From positions 1 through 64,000 of the forward strand of contig CAVPOM010000014.1 of assembly GCA_963707025.1 (NCBI GenBank): a DNA stretch of 64,000 bases. The letters are read 5' to 3'. A program made the position numbers and the translations under genes. Origin of the DNA: an uncultured Verrucomicrobiae bacterium (GTDB taxonomy: Bacteria > Verrucomicrobiota > Verrucomicrobiia > Limisphaerales > Palsa-1400). Position 1 is the first letter of the stretch. Each line of letters starts with the position of its first letter. Positions 40,057-50,268 of this stretch are shown piece after piece. The notes below the pieces were generated by a model that was not told the origin of the DNA, searched no databases, and was given only the letters and a program-made list of their open reading frames with translations.

Positions 40057-41242
40057 CCTTTTTCAGGCCCAGGTCCTTCTCATAGTGGCCCATGGTCTTG
40101 ACCTGGGTGGTCTGGCCGCGTTTGAGTTCCGCCTGCAACGAGGCCAGCCGCGCCAGCGTCGGCTCGGCCGTGGCGGGGCTGGGGAATTGTTCCAGGATGC
40201 GCCGCAGGGTGGCCTCCGCCCCGGCCAGATCCTTGCCAAAACGAATCTGCAAATCCGCCAGCAGGTTGAGCCACTGCACAATGTGCCGGGGCGTTTCGTT
40301 GGGAAAGGCGATCAATTGTTCCAATTGGTCCGCCGCCAGATCCAGGCGGTGAAAGTGCTCGGCGTAAAGCACCGCCAGCTTTTCCCGCGTGGCCGTGTCG
40401 GCCGGATGCTTCTGCAATTGCTGGACGCACTCCTCCGCCAGCGCGCCCGGGTCCTCGACCACCGCCGCCGGACCCGTATAATCTGGGCGCAAGCCGATAT
40501 TCTTCTCCCCCGGCCGCAGGTCCACGGTGGCGCTCGTCCGCGCCGCCACCAGATGCTCCACCGTGGGCAGATGGGCCAGCCGCTGCGCGGCCTGATGCGC
40601 GAAGGGCGTGTCCGGCAACTCATTGACGATCCTTTCCAGCGCCAGCCGCGCCGCCTCCGGGTCCTGGGCAAATTGGAGATGCCAGTCCGCGATGGCCGTC
40701 AGCGCCGAGGCCCTGCCCTGCGGCGTGGCCGCCGGCCCCTCCATCCAGCGTTCCAGGGTGAGTTGCGCGCCCGGCAAATCATTCATGTCTTCCACCAAAA
40801 TGGAGGCCAGGAGCAGGGCGCCGTGATAGTCGCCCGGGAATTTTTCCAGTTGTTCGCGCACCAGGGCAATCGCCTCCTGCGGATGGCCGTTGCGCCGCTT
40901 GGTTTCGGCAATGGAATAAAAAGGCTGGGCTTCCAGGGGCACATCCCCGCCGTCAATCGCGTCGGTCAGCGGACTGGCCAGCATCGCGCCAAGCCCCGGC
41001 GCCCACATCACGGCCATGGCAATGCCCACTGGAACCATGGCAATCGGCCAAGTCCACTCCGGCATATGCCGCAGGAGCAGGACCGTCCCCACGATGATTC
41101 CAGCCGAGACAATCCATTTGACTACCAGCTTGGCCGGTTCCGCGCTTTTGCGCAGGCACCGCCAGGCGAACGCGATCCCGCCTCCCAACAGCAGCGCCGC
41201 AGTGCCGATGTCCAGGACGATGCGCCATGTGCTCGGGTTCAT
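40046..41242 (-). CDS. Membrane-anchored TPR-like protein
   Basis: Three N-terminal TM helices followed by two repeated helical blocks. Confidence 0.75.
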   Translation of the reverse strand: MNPSTWRIVLDIGTAALLLGGGIAFAWRCLRKSAEPAKLVVKWIVSAGIIVGTVLLLRHMPEWTWPIAMVPVGIAMAVMWAPGLGAMLASPLTDAIDGGDVPLEAQPFYSIAETKRRNGHPQEAIALVREQLEKFPGDYHGALLLASILVEDMNDLPGAQLTLERWMEGPAATPQGRASALTAIADWHLQFAQDPEAARLALERIVNELPDTPFAHQAAQRLAHLPTVEHLVAARTSATVDLRPGEKNIGLRPDYTGPAAVVEDPGALAEECVQQLQKHPADTATREKLAVLYAEHFHRLDLAADQLEQLIAFPNETPRHIVQWLNLLADLQIRFGKDLAGAEATLRRILEQFPSPATAEPTLARLASLQAELKRGQTTQVKTMGHYEKDLGLKKAKG

Positions 41243-42144
41243 TGCTCCTTGGGCATATCAAATTTCAGATCGGTATGCGAGTGAATTTTTAGGTTGTCAA
41301 TTCCCATTTCTTCCAGTTGCCAATGTCCGCGGGCGTCCTTTTTGAAGCTCTTGTGATCCAGGGAAAACTCCTTGATCTCGTGGCCCTCGCTGTCATAAGC
41401 CTCCGCCACCAGCGGCCCCGGCGTCTGTTCATCAATCCAGGATTTGACCCGCACGATGCCGGCTTTCCCGGAATTGGTGCTCTCCAAAACATAACAGGGC
41501 TGGCCCAGCCGTTGCTCGCGGGGCAACAACTCGCATTGTCCCGGCCAGTGCAAAAACTCCAGCCCCAGATCCCCCAGCGAAAAGTCCGAGCCGGCAAAAG
41601 GCGCCTCCGTGGCCTCGGGCAAAACCGGACTCAGTTCGGGAAGCGGCGCGCCCGGATGGGCGGCGCGCGCATAGAGATACCGGTTCGGTCCGTTGGTGGT
41701 GTGGATGATGACCAGCCGCTCGGCCCCCGCCGTGGAGGTCGCCTCCGCCTGATAAATCGTCTCCCAGGATCCCTCCTGCATCTTCACCTGGCAAACGACC
41801 GGAATTTTGCTCTTGGTTTTCCCGGAGTTGATGAGGAGGACGCCGTGAATCTCGGAGTTCGTCTCCGGCACGGCGGATCGGATCAGTTCCGCCAGCCTCT
41901 GGCCGCCAGCCTGGTCCCTCACGGCGGGCGCCGGGAAGGGCAGCCCGCCGGCCAGTGCAGTGTAATTGACTCCAAGGGCCGCCAGCGCGACGGCCAACCA
42001 CCGGCGGACGACACTCAAAAAGCCCTTGCGGCCATTGCCAGCGCACGCTTTGAGGCAGGGCGGGCAGTCCCCTGCCCGCCGCCCACAACGGTCCAGTTCT
42101 GTGAGCGAATCGGCTTTTTCGGGCTGGCTTTTGTCCGGACGCAT
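41239..42144 (-). CDS. Outer membrane lipoprotein-sorting (LolA-like) protein; true start probably downstream of 42144
   Basis: PFAGSDFSLGDL...CYVLES...WIDEQ motifs; the predicted N-terminus overlaps a REP-like palindrome at about 42054-42082. Confidence 0.7.
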   Translation of the reverse strand: MRPDKSQPEKADSLTELDRCGRRAGDCPPCLKACAGNGRKGFLSVVRRWLAVALAALGVNYTALAGGLPFPAPAVRDQAGGQRLAELIRSAVPETNSEIHGVLLINSGKTKSKIPVVCQVKMQEGSWETIYQAEATSTAGAERLVIIHTTNGPNRYLYARAAHPGAPLPELSPVLPEATEAPFAGSDFSLGDLGLEFLHWPGQCELLPREQRLGQPCYVLESTNSGKAGIVRVKSWIDEQTPGPLVAEAYDSEGHEIKEFSLDHKSFKKDARGHWQLEEMGIDNLKIHSHTDLKFDMPKEQ

Positions 42145-42599
42145 GCTTCAGCGAAAAGTTATATTCGGTTAAATCTGGTTGAGTTTACCCAAATTGGGCT
42201 GCGGAGTCGAGTGCTGACTGATCAATGGAAGGAATTCGCGAACTGGCTCCTCCGACGCCAAGCTTATGGAGGACAGGGCGAATTGCGCGAATCCTGAGTG
42301 AAGTAGTGATGCATTGGAGCGATGGCATGAGGGCATGGTGATTTAAAAAAAGTACTTTGATTTAGCGCGATTTGACTTGTTGGTTCCTGATTCTGAAAGC
42401 TCGTTTGGAGTGTAAATGGTTTATGGATAGGGACTTGAGTTGATTTTCTGCGAAAAGGCTCAAAACGCGCAGTAAAAGACGCTGTTGCTGTGCATGCATC
42501 GTAAAGTTTAGTGATTTGGCAAGGTATTGGTGGGACAGAATTGGAGTGATGGAGTGATGGAGTGATGAAGTTATGGGCATGGTCAAGGTTGAAGAAATG

Positions 42600-44557
42600 G
42601 TAGAGTAGGCGAAGTGGAAGGAGGCGGATTGAACTGACCGCAGTTGTCAGTCTCGCGCTGCCACTTCGCCCCTCATCGAACCGAACGGACGGATTTCCCA
42701 TATTCGGCTCTCCGAACTCATTCATCGGGCCGCCTTCCACTTCGCCGTGGTCGGCAGTTCATAGAGTCCATAACGCTGGTGCAACTGCTCGGGAACGTAG
42801 TGTTCCCACAGGCTGCGGCGGCAACCGTGTTTGCGCCACAGCCAGCGCCGAAAGCGGTTTTGGCTGTAGTGTTTCATCCGGTTCATCACCGAGACGCTGT
42901 TGCCGTAGTGGAAGTAGCCCGCCCATCCGCGCAAGACTTGGTTGACCTCTTTGACCACCTCCTGTATCGGACGCCCCTGCGTCCAGTGGTTGAGGATGCC
43001 GCCCAGTTTCTCGCGCAGGGCCCCCCGGCTTTTCTGGCTGGGTTGAACGTGCAGGTAGCCGCGCCCTCCAAAGGACTTGCGCCAGGTCAGGTTGAAGCCC
43101 AGGAAGTTGATCCCTTCCTTGCGAATGTTCACAATTCGGGTTTTGACTTCGTTGAGGGTCAGCCCTTTGGCTCGAAGCCATTTCTTGAGCCGCGCTATCA
43201 GCCCTCCGCCGCACCCCGCCGCGCACGCGATGACAAAGTCATCGGCGTAGCGCACCATGCGGGCTTGGCCGGAGGTTTTCTCGTTCACCCCGTGATCCAG
43301 CGGGTTGAGGTAGAGGTTGGCCAGCAGCGGCGAGATGACCCCGCCTTGCGGCGTGCCGCGCCGGTTGGGGATCACTCGCTTGGTGCCGTCCTGGTCTTCC
43401 TCCGCGACCGGGGCGCGCAGCCAGCTCTTGAGGAGCCGCAGCACGCTGCCGTCGCTGACCCGCCGGGCCACGGCCTTCATCAGTTCCCGGTGCGGAATCG
43501 TGTCGAAATATTTCGTCAGGTCCGCGTCGATGATTTCCACGTAGCCTTGCTGCACTGCTTGTTGGATTTCCGCAATGGCTTGGTGTGCCCGGCGTTTGGG
43601 CCGAAAGCCGTAGGAGCGCGGATGAAAGTCCGCCTCCAAGATCGGCATCAGCACCAGATACACCGCCGTTTGCACCACCCGGTCCTTGACCGTCGGGATG
43701 CCCAACGGCCGTTCCCCTCCGCTGCTCTTGGGAATCATCACCCGCCGCACCGGGCTGGCCCGATACGTCTTGGCTTTGAGTTCTGCTTGCAGGCGGTCGA
43801 GCCATTGCTGGCGCAGGGCCGGGTCGGCGGTGATGGACTCCATACTCTGTCCGTCCACTCCCGCGGCCCCGCCGTTGCGCTGTTGCGCTGCCAAGGCGGT
43901 TTCGAGCACGTCCTTGCGCAGCAATTCCCCATACAGGCTCCAGAACCGATACTTCGGCTCTGCTTTGGCTTTCCGATAGAGCGCGATTTGAAGCTGCCGA
44001 ACTTTCTCCGGGGTTGCTATCCGGGTCGCCCCGGCCATCCCCGCATCCTTCGCTTCGCCTCCACGCATTGAGCAAGTGTTCCCCCTTTGCGTTCGCTCGC
44101 GCAACTCCCGGCGGAAATCCGCCTGGAGCGCAAACAAGTCCACGCTACTATGAGGAACTCCGACTTCTCCGGCAGGGCCGCTCGCCTGACTGGTCTTGCC
44201 AGCTTGCGCGGGCGGTTGGGCTGGCCGCCCGCCGCCGGAGTTCTCCCAGCTTACCTTGGTTGAACTTCCAGACGTGCCGTCCACGCCGACCCCGCCGGAG
44301 CGTTGAGAAGGCTCTGACTGTTGCCCTGCCTCCTCCCTGCGGCCTTCGCCGGTCAAACAGCGGCTCGGCTTGTCTCCGGTTCTAAACTTATCGAGGCTCA
44401 TTGGATGTGGTTCATTTTCATTACGGCCCGTCTGTTCATCTCCCTCAGCTTCCAACCCCGCCTCGCGGCGGCGCTGTTGAGGTCGTGTTCCGTCGTGAAC
44501 AGCCTAATTCGACGGGCGGGACTTTCACCCGCGTTCCAACCAACTTCACTGGCGCAA
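42600..44557 (-). mobile_element. Group II intron, apparently full length
   Basis: 5' end TTGCGCC; domain V GAGAGCCGAATATGGGAAATCCGTCCGTTCGGTTCGATGAGGGG; domain VI ending CTACTCTAC; internal RT ORF; EBS1/IBS1 complementarity. Confidence 0.92.
42722..44038 (-). CDS. ltrA: Group II intron reverse transcriptase/maturase (no endonuclease domain)
   Basis: RPLGIPTVKDR, GTPQGGVISPLLAN, RYADDF, FLGF and LRGWAGYF motifs. Confidence 0.95.
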   Translation of the reverse strand: MAGATRIATPEKVRQLQIALYRKAKAEPKYRFWSLYGELLRKDVLETALAAQQRNGGAAGVDGQSMESITADPALRQQWLDRLQAELKAKTYRASPVRRVMIPKSSGGERPLGIPTVKDRVVQTAVYLVLMPILEADFHPRSYGFRPKRRAHQAIAEIQQAVQQGYVEIIDADLTKYFDTIPHRELMKAVARRVSDGSVLRLLKSWLRAPVAEEDQDGTKRVIPNRRGTPQGGVISPLLANLYLNPLDHGVNEKTSGQARMVRYADDFVIACAAGCGGGLIARLKKWLRAKGLTLNEVKTRIVNIRKEGINFLGFNLTWRKSFGGRGYLHVQPSQKSRGALREKLGGILNHWTQGRPIQEVVKEVNQVLRGWAGYFHYGNSVSVMNRMKHYSQNRFRRWLWRKHGCRRSLWEHYVPEQLHQRYGLYELPTTAKWKAAR

Positions 44558-45320
44558 CGTTTGACTCGGTTTGACCGGGTTTGACCGGCTGGGGGGCAAA
44601 TGCAAAATGCAGAATGCAAAATGGAAGGAATCCACGAATTTCCGCGAATTTGCGCGAATGTGACGGGAAAAGTTGTTGGGTGCATGGCAGGGCCCCCCCT
44701 ATGGCCGGGAAGTGAAAACAGGTGAAACGAGGTGAAAACTTCTGGTGACGCCGCCTTCGCCCAGCTTCCACCTTTGCCGGGCTTTCCAGCTTCGCCGGGC
44801 CTATGGCCGACAAGACGGCGGGCAGGCTGACGCGGACGCCCGCGGACGCCGGGCCGACCGCTGCCAAGAGGGAGGCAGACCTGCACGGAAGGCAACGAAG
44901 CTAGAACTTCGTTGGTTTCTGTTGAATTCTTAACGGCGGGAAACCCGTTTTGGTCCCGCCTCCGTATGATTCCACTGTTGCCGTTTCCCGTCCTCACTAT
45001 GCCAAATTAGCATTTAACCCAGATGCGGTCAAGGGGGAAAGGAAAAATTATAAAGCTATAATATCAAATCGTGTCCTCGGATTCCTCCACCTCGCGATTT
45101 TGTTCCGGGCACGTATGAGGCCGGCACGAAGGAGTTGGTATTTGTATTCGTACGTCCGAAAAAGAGGTTTGGGCAAGCAATAACCTGTTGAATCGCTATT
45201 TAGCTGAGAATTCGACTCCGGAATAGTATCTTACTATTCGTGCGCTTTTCGTCAGCGGCGCCGCAGGGGGTTGTGGGTTTTGGCACTGCCCAGGCAAAGC
45301 TTCGAGTTTCAAAGACTCGT

Positions 45321-45354
45321 CCTCACCCCGGCCCTCTCCTCCGAGGAGAGGGGG
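45321..45354 (+). repeat. REP-like hairpin
   Basis: CCTCACCCCGGCCCTCTCCT-CCG-AGGAGAGGG. Confidence 0.7.
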
Positions 45355-45543
45355 TCTTTTAATGCGCTGCCGCCGCCAGTTTCCCCGCGCCGGTCTGGTT
45401 TTCTACTTCAAGAAAAAGCCTCCCTTGCGCCGCCGGCGCAACGCGACATGGAGATCACCGTTCGCCTCCGCGCGCTTCGGCCGCGATGGCAAAAGGGGCC
45501 GGCCCCTTCCTTTTTCCCGGAGGCCGCCTCGGGCCAAGGGGAC

Positions 45544-46320
45544 CTACTGCTGCTGATAGACGCGCACGTAATCTATCTTCATCGTCTGGGGCAGGACGGC
45601 GTCATCCACCCCGGAGGATTCGGCGGCGATATTGAGGATAAGGTACTGGGGTTTGTCGAAGGGCCATTGCAGCGCGCCCAAGCTGTCATCCTTTTGGAAA
45701 GTGAAATACTTGTTCTCGTCCACGAAGAAGTCCATGTGGTCGGGGAACCATTCGACGGCGTAAACATGGAACTTACGATAGATGTCATCCACCAGGAGGC
45801 TCTTGGCCGGATTGGGCTTGCGGGGGCCCGTGCGCTCCGAGGCGGTATGGATGTGGACGGCCACCACATTGGGCCGGCTGCCCCAGTGCTCCATGATGTC
45901 AATTTCCCCGCCGGCCGGCCAGCCGCCGGTGTTGCCCAGCGTCCAGATGGCGGGCCAGATGCCTCTGCCGCCAGGCAATTGGGCCTTGACCTCGATCCGG
46001 CCATAAGTCCAGGAGGCTTTGCCGCGGGTGGTGACGCTGGCCGAGGAGTAAGGATGCCCCTGGAAGTTGTCCTTGGAAAAGGTGATCACCAGGTTCTGGC
46101 CGTCCACGCGGGCATTCTCCAGGCGGGCCTTGGTATAGAATTGAGGCTCGCGATTGCGCACATAACCCTCTTCATAACCCCATTTGGCCGGGTCGGGCAG
46201 GCCCTTGTAGTTGAATTCATCCGACCAGACCAGCTTCCAGCCGGGCCGGTGCGGCGCGCTGGCGCAGCCCCAACAAGCGCAGGCGAGCAGGATGGCGAGC
46301 GAGGCGAAAATTGAACGCAT
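45544..46320 (-). CDS. Glycoside hydrolase family 16 (laminarinase-like)
   Basis: LVWSDEF, WPAIW and GEIDIME catalytic motif. Confidence 0.93.
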   Translation of the reverse strand: MRSIFASLAILLACACWGCASAPHRPGWKLVWSDEFNYKGLPDPAKWGYEEGYVRNREPQFYTKARLENARVDGQNLVITFSKDNFQGHPYSSASVTTRGKASWTYGRIEVKAQLPGGRGIWPAIWTLGNTGGWPAGGEIDIMEHWGSRPNVVAVHIHTASERTGPRKPNPAKSLLVDDIYRKFHVYAVEWFPDHMDFFVDENKYFTFQKDDSLGALQWPFDKPQYLILNIAAESSGVDDAVLPQTMKIDYVRVYQQQ

Positions 46321-46422
46321 GGGAAATTCCTTTTTGACTGAGTGGTAAATATTCACGTCGTTCCGTTTGACTGGCAGGCAGCATGGAAATGGTATTGACA
46401 TGCCTGGGGAAACCGCCGCGCC

Positions 46423-48831
46423 TCATTTCGGGCGCAAGGCGACGGGGAAGAGTTGGGAAATGTCGTTGACGAAATGGACCTTGATTTTCTGCCGCACTTC
46501 TTCGGGCACCTCCAGCCAGTCGTTGCGGTTTTGCTCCGGCAGGATGACTTCCTTTAATCCGGACCGCGCCGCCGCCAGCACTTTTTCCTTGATGCCGCCG
46601 ACGCGCAGGACGCGGCCGCGCAGGCTGATTTCCCCCGTCATGGCCAGGTCGGAACGGACCCGCCGCTGGGTGAAGAGCGAGGCCAGCGCCGCCACAATGG
46701 TCAGGCCCGCGCTGGGGCCGTCCTTGGGAGTGGCTCCGGCCGGGACATGGATGTGGATGTCGCGCTTGTCATAATCGGAGAGATCAATGTGCAGTTCGGC
46801 GGCGCGGTTGCGCAAAAAGCTCAGCGCCGTCTGCGCGCTTTCCTTCATCACATCCCCCAGCGAGCCGGTCAGGATCAACTGGCCCTTGCCCGGCATGCGG
46901 GTGGCCTCAATAAATAAAATCTCGCCGCCCACCGGCGTCCAGGCCAGCCCGATGGCGATGCCGTTCTGGGCAATCCGCTCGGCGATCTCCGAGGTGAAGG
47001 AGGGCGGCCCCAGGAATTCTGCCAGGGCCTTGGGCGCAATGGTGAGCGGCTCGGCCGGGTTCTTGCCCGCCACAATTTTCCGCGCCGCCTTGCGCGTCAG
47101 CGCCGCAATCTCCCTTTCCAACTGGCGCACGCCCGCTTCGCGGGTGTAGTCCTGGATGACCTGGCGCAGGGTGGCGTCGGGAAAACGCACCAGTTTTTTC
47201 TTCAGGCCGTGTTCTTCCAGTTGGCGCGGCACCAGATGGCGCTTGGCGATCTGCAGCTTCTCCCACGCCGTGTAGCTGGGCAGTTCAATGACCTCCAGCC
47301 GGTCGCGCAAGGCCGGATGAACCGGGTCCAGCCAGTTGGCCGTGGTGATAAAAAGCACACGCGACAAATCGTAGGGCACGTCCAGATAATGGTCGCTAAA
47401 GGAGCTGTTCTGCCCCGGGTCCAGCACCTCCAGGAGGGCGGAGGCGGGATCGCCGCGAAAATCCGACCCGACCTTGTCCAGTTCATCCAGCAAAATGACC
47501 GGGTTGCTGGATTCCGCGCGCCGCAGCGATTGGATGATCCGCCCCGGCAAGGCGCCGACGTAAGTGCGGCGATGCCCGCGAATTTCGGCTTCATCCCTCA
47601 TGCCGCCGAGCGAAATCCGCGCAAATTTCCGCCCCAGGGCCTCCGCCACGCTCTTGCCCAGGGAAGTTTTGCCCACGCCGGGCGGGCCGACCAGGCACAA
47701 AATGGGGCCCTTGAGCTGGTGTTTGAGTTTGATCACCGCCAAAAACTCCAGCAACCGGTCCTTGACCTTGCGCAAGCCGAAATGTTGCTCGTCCAGCAGC
47801 TTCGCCGCGTCCTGCAAATCCAGTTTGTCCTCCGTGAACTTGGACCAGGGCAAATTGATCAGCCAGTCCAGGTAATTGCGCGTCATGGTGTATTCGGCCA
47901 CCGCCGGCGGCATCTGTTGCAGGCGGTCCAGCTCCTTGAGGGCGATTTTTTTCGGCTCCTCGGGCAGATGATTCTGCTCGACCTGCTCGCGCAATTCCTT
48001 GACCTCGGCCGCGGCGCTGTCCACCTCGCCCAATTCGCGCTGGATGGCGCGGATTTGCTCGCGCAGGAAAAAGTCGCGCTGGTTCTTGGACATGGAGGTG
48101 ACGACCTCGTTCTGGATTTTGGAGCCGAGCTGGAGGACTTCCAGCTCGCGCCGCAACAAGGGCAGCAGGCGGGAGAGCCGCACCTTGGCCTCGGGCAATT
48201 CCAGCAAATGCTGGCGCTCCTGCAAACTCAAATTCAAATTGGCCGCGATCAAATCGGCCAGTTGCGCCGGGTCCTGCTCGTTGAGGGCCGCCACCTTGAC
48301 TTCCTCGGCCAGGGTGGGAGACAGCTTGACAATCTCCTGGAATTCCCGCGCCGCGTTGCGCGTCAGGGCCGCCAGTTCCAGCGTGGTGTCCACCACATCC
48401 TTGAGCTTCTCCACCCGCGCCACCAGGTAGGGCGACTCGGCCACAAATTCCTGGATGCGGAAGCGGCGCAGGCCCTCCACCAGAATCCGCACCATGCCGT
48501 CGGGAAATTTCAGCATTTTCCGCACCCGCCCCGCGCAGCCATGCAGCCACAAATCGGCCGGCTTGGGAGTTTCCACTTCCGGGTTGCGTTGCAGCACCAG
48601 CCCGAGGAAGCGGTCCCCCGCCACCACATCATCAATCAGCCGGATGCTCTGCGGCGTTTCCACCAGCAGCGGCGTGAGCGTGCCTGGGAAGACCACGATG
48701 TCCGACAAACCCAGAATGGGCAGGACTTCCGGCAGGGCTTTGGACCAGACTTTCGTGGCCGAAGCGTCCCCCGCCCCCTCCGTCCCTGTCCCCCCCAGGA
48801 TGTTGATAAACTCGGTGTCCGGTGTCGTCAT
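46423..48831 (-). CDS. lon: ATP-dependent protease La
   Basis: GPPGVGKTS and PKDGPSAG motifs; Lon N-domain. Confidence 0.97.
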   Translation of the reverse strand: MTTPDTEFINILGGTGTEGAGDASATKVWSKALPEVLPILGLSDIVVFPGTLTPLLVETPQSIRLIDDVVAGDRFLGLVLQRNPEVETPKPADLWLHGCAGRVRKMLKFPDGMVRILVEGLRRFRIQEFVAESPYLVARVEKLKDVVDTTLELAALTRNAAREFQEIVKLSPTLAEEVKVAALNEQDPAQLADLIAANLNLSLQERQHLLELPEAKVRLSRLLPLLRRELEVLQLGSKIQNEVVTSMSKNQRDFFLREQIRAIQRELGEVDSAAAEVKELREQVEQNHLPEEPKKIALKELDRLQQMPPAVAEYTMTRNYLDWLINLPWSKFTEDKLDLQDAAKLLDEQHFGLRKVKDRLLEFLAVIKLKHQLKGPILCLVGPPGVGKTSLGKSVAEALGRKFARISLGGMRDEAEIRGHRRTYVGALPGRIIQSLRRAESSNPVILLDELDKVGSDFRGDPASALLEVLDPGQNSSFSDHYLDVPYDLSRVLFITTANWLDPVHPALRDRLEVIELPSYTAWEKLQIAKRHLVPRQLEEHGLKKKLVRFPDATLRQVIQDYTREAGVRQLEREIAALTRKAARKIVAGKNPAEPLTIAPKALAEFLGPPSFTSEIAERIAQNGIAIGLAWTPVGGEILFIEATRMPGKGQLILTGSLGDVMKESAQTALSFLRNRAAELHIDLSDYDKRDIHIHVPAGATPKDGPSAGLTIVAALASLFTQRRVRSDLAMTGEISLRGRVLRVGGIKEKVLAAARSGLKEVILPEQNRNDWLEVPEEVRQKIKVHFVNDISQLFPVALRPK

Positions 48832-48876
48832 GCCATGAGAGTAAGGGACGCGGTGTATCGGGCGTCAACAGCAATC

Positions 48877-49260
48877 TCAGGCGTCGGCGGGGGTCAGGGA
48901 ACCGCTGGAGGGAACATCAATGCGCAAGAAGCCGTTTTGATAAGCGGCTTTGGCCTGGTTCAAATCGTAACCGGGCGGCAGTTCGATCAGGCTCTCGAAT
49001 GCCCCGTAATTGATCTCCATCACCAGAAACTTGCAATGCCCGGTGCGGCAGCCGTCGCCCCTCTGTCCGCTGATCTTGAGGCGGTTGCCCTCGATGAGCA
49101 ACTCCAGATTCTCCCGTTGCATCCCGGCCAGCTCCACCTTGATGACCACGCCGGATTCGCAGACATACACATCGGTGTTGGGCACCCAGTGGGTCTCCGG
49201 TTCCCGGGCCAGGGGCTGACGCCGTTTGGAAAAATGAAGGTCAGAACTTATCTTTTGCAT
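48877..49260 (-). CDS. Hsp20/alpha-crystallin small heat shock protein
   Basis: WVPNTDVY...EINYGAFE...AAYQNGFLRI. Confidence 0.9.
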   Translation of the reverse strand: MQKISSDLHFSKRRQPLAREPETHWVPNTDVYVCESGVVIKVELAGMQRENLELLIEGNRLKISGQRGDGCRTGHCKFLVMEINYGAFESLIELPPGYDLNQAKAAYQNGFLRIDVPSSGSLTPADA

Positions 49261-49345
49261 GACTCTTGGACTATCTTATCTCAGTACGCCCGCCCGCGCA
49301 AGTGACTTCGCGCCGGCGGGCGGGGCGAATTCTGGCGCGCCACCC

Positions 49346-49555
49346 TCATTTCATCTTCACAATCACCTGGGCGCGTTCTCCTTTGCGGGCGTGAAACACC
49401 ACCGAATTCTTCGCCCCGGCCTGCCCGGCGCTGCCGCAGCCGCAATGGGTCTCGCGCTCGAAGCTGAACTTGCGGGGGCGCGGCCAGGCCCTGGCCAAAA
49501 ACACTCCCACCGTGCCCGTCACCACTGCCAGCGCCGCGATTGTCTGCCAATCCAT
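49346..49555 (-). CDS. FeoB-associated-like small Cys-rich membrane protein
   Basis: MDWQTIAALAVV TM helix followed by CGCG. Confidence 0.65.
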   Translation of the reverse strand: MDWQTIAALAVVTGTVGVFLARAWPRPRKFSFERETHCGCGSAGQAGAKNSVVFHARKGERAQVIVKMK

Positions 49556-49626
49556 GCCAGTAACATAACGCGTTGCCGCCGACGCGCAAATTGTTTCTGT
49601 CCCTCCGCGGGGCGGAAGGGACCGGC

Positions 49627-49700
49627 GGAGTGATGGAGTGATGGAGTGATGGAGTGATGGAACCGCGCATTTTCCCCATCACTCCATTACTCCATTACTC
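49627..49700. repeat. Inverted pair of GGAGTGAT octamer arrays
   Basis: Four GGAGTGAT units facing three AT(C/T)ACTCC-type units. Confidence 0.85.
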
Positions 49701-49716
49701 TGCTCCCTGCCTTTCC

Positions 49717-50136
49717 TCAGATGTAGTACATCTTCCCTTTTTCGGCGCTGTGTTCCAGCAACTCCTGGAAGGTGATGGCATCGGCGGTTTGGTTGACCGC
49801 CTGGCGCAACCGCCCCCAGGCCTCGCGCAATTCCAGCGGATTCTGTGGATCGTTCAAAGCCGGTGAATCGAAAACTTCCCCGTGGATGCAACGCAACACA
49901 TCCCCAAAGCTGATCTTGGCCGGCGCCCGCGCCAGCAAATAACCGCCCGCCTGGCCGCGCTGGCTTTTGACGATCTGGGCCGACTTCAATTCGAGGAGAA
50001 TCTGCACCAGGTAATTGGGTGGGATCCCTTGCGAGGAAGCCATCTCCTCCACCGTGCGCGCCTTCCCGTCCGGGTAATGGTGCGCCAGCCAGAGCACGGC
50101 GCGCGCCGCATAATCGCTCTTCACCGAGAGTTTCAC
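49717..50136 (-). CDS. Rrf2 family transcriptional regulator (CymR-like, lacks the Fe-S Cys triad)
   Basis: KSDYAARA...YLVQIL...SQRGQAGGYLLAR; ends MYYI. Confidence 0.9.
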   Translation of the reverse strand: MKLSVKSDYAARAVLWLAHHYPDGKARTVEEMASSQGIPPNYLVQILLELKSAQIVKSQRGQAGGYLLARAPAKISFGDVLRCIHGEVFDSPALNDPQNPLELREAWGRLRQAVNQTADAITFQELLEHSAEKGKMYYI

Positions 50137-50268
50137 CCCGGCAGACTAGGCGGACAACTCGGCCCAGACAATCAAAACAATCGGTCCCTTGCCGCATGGG
50201 TGCTTGCGGGCTGCGGGCAGATGAGTTTTTTCCTCGCCAGCCGCGGCAAAAAGACTTTCAATCCAACC

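Noticed and set aside
42722..44038. RT as a DGR, retron or defence RT
   Set aside because: Domain V/VI, the 5' end, the maturase domain and the EBS1/IBS1 pairing all identify a group II intron. I saw no TR/VR pair.
44039..44455. 139-aa N-terminal extension of the RT ORF (577 aa in the track)
   Set aside because: It overlaps the 5' ribozyme domains of the intron, including EBS1, and is probably a chance open frame in GC-rich sequence.
45221..45239. Palindrome GAATAGTA-TCT-TACTATTC as an operator
   Set aside because: Single occurrence with no adjacent gene start, so no function can be supported.
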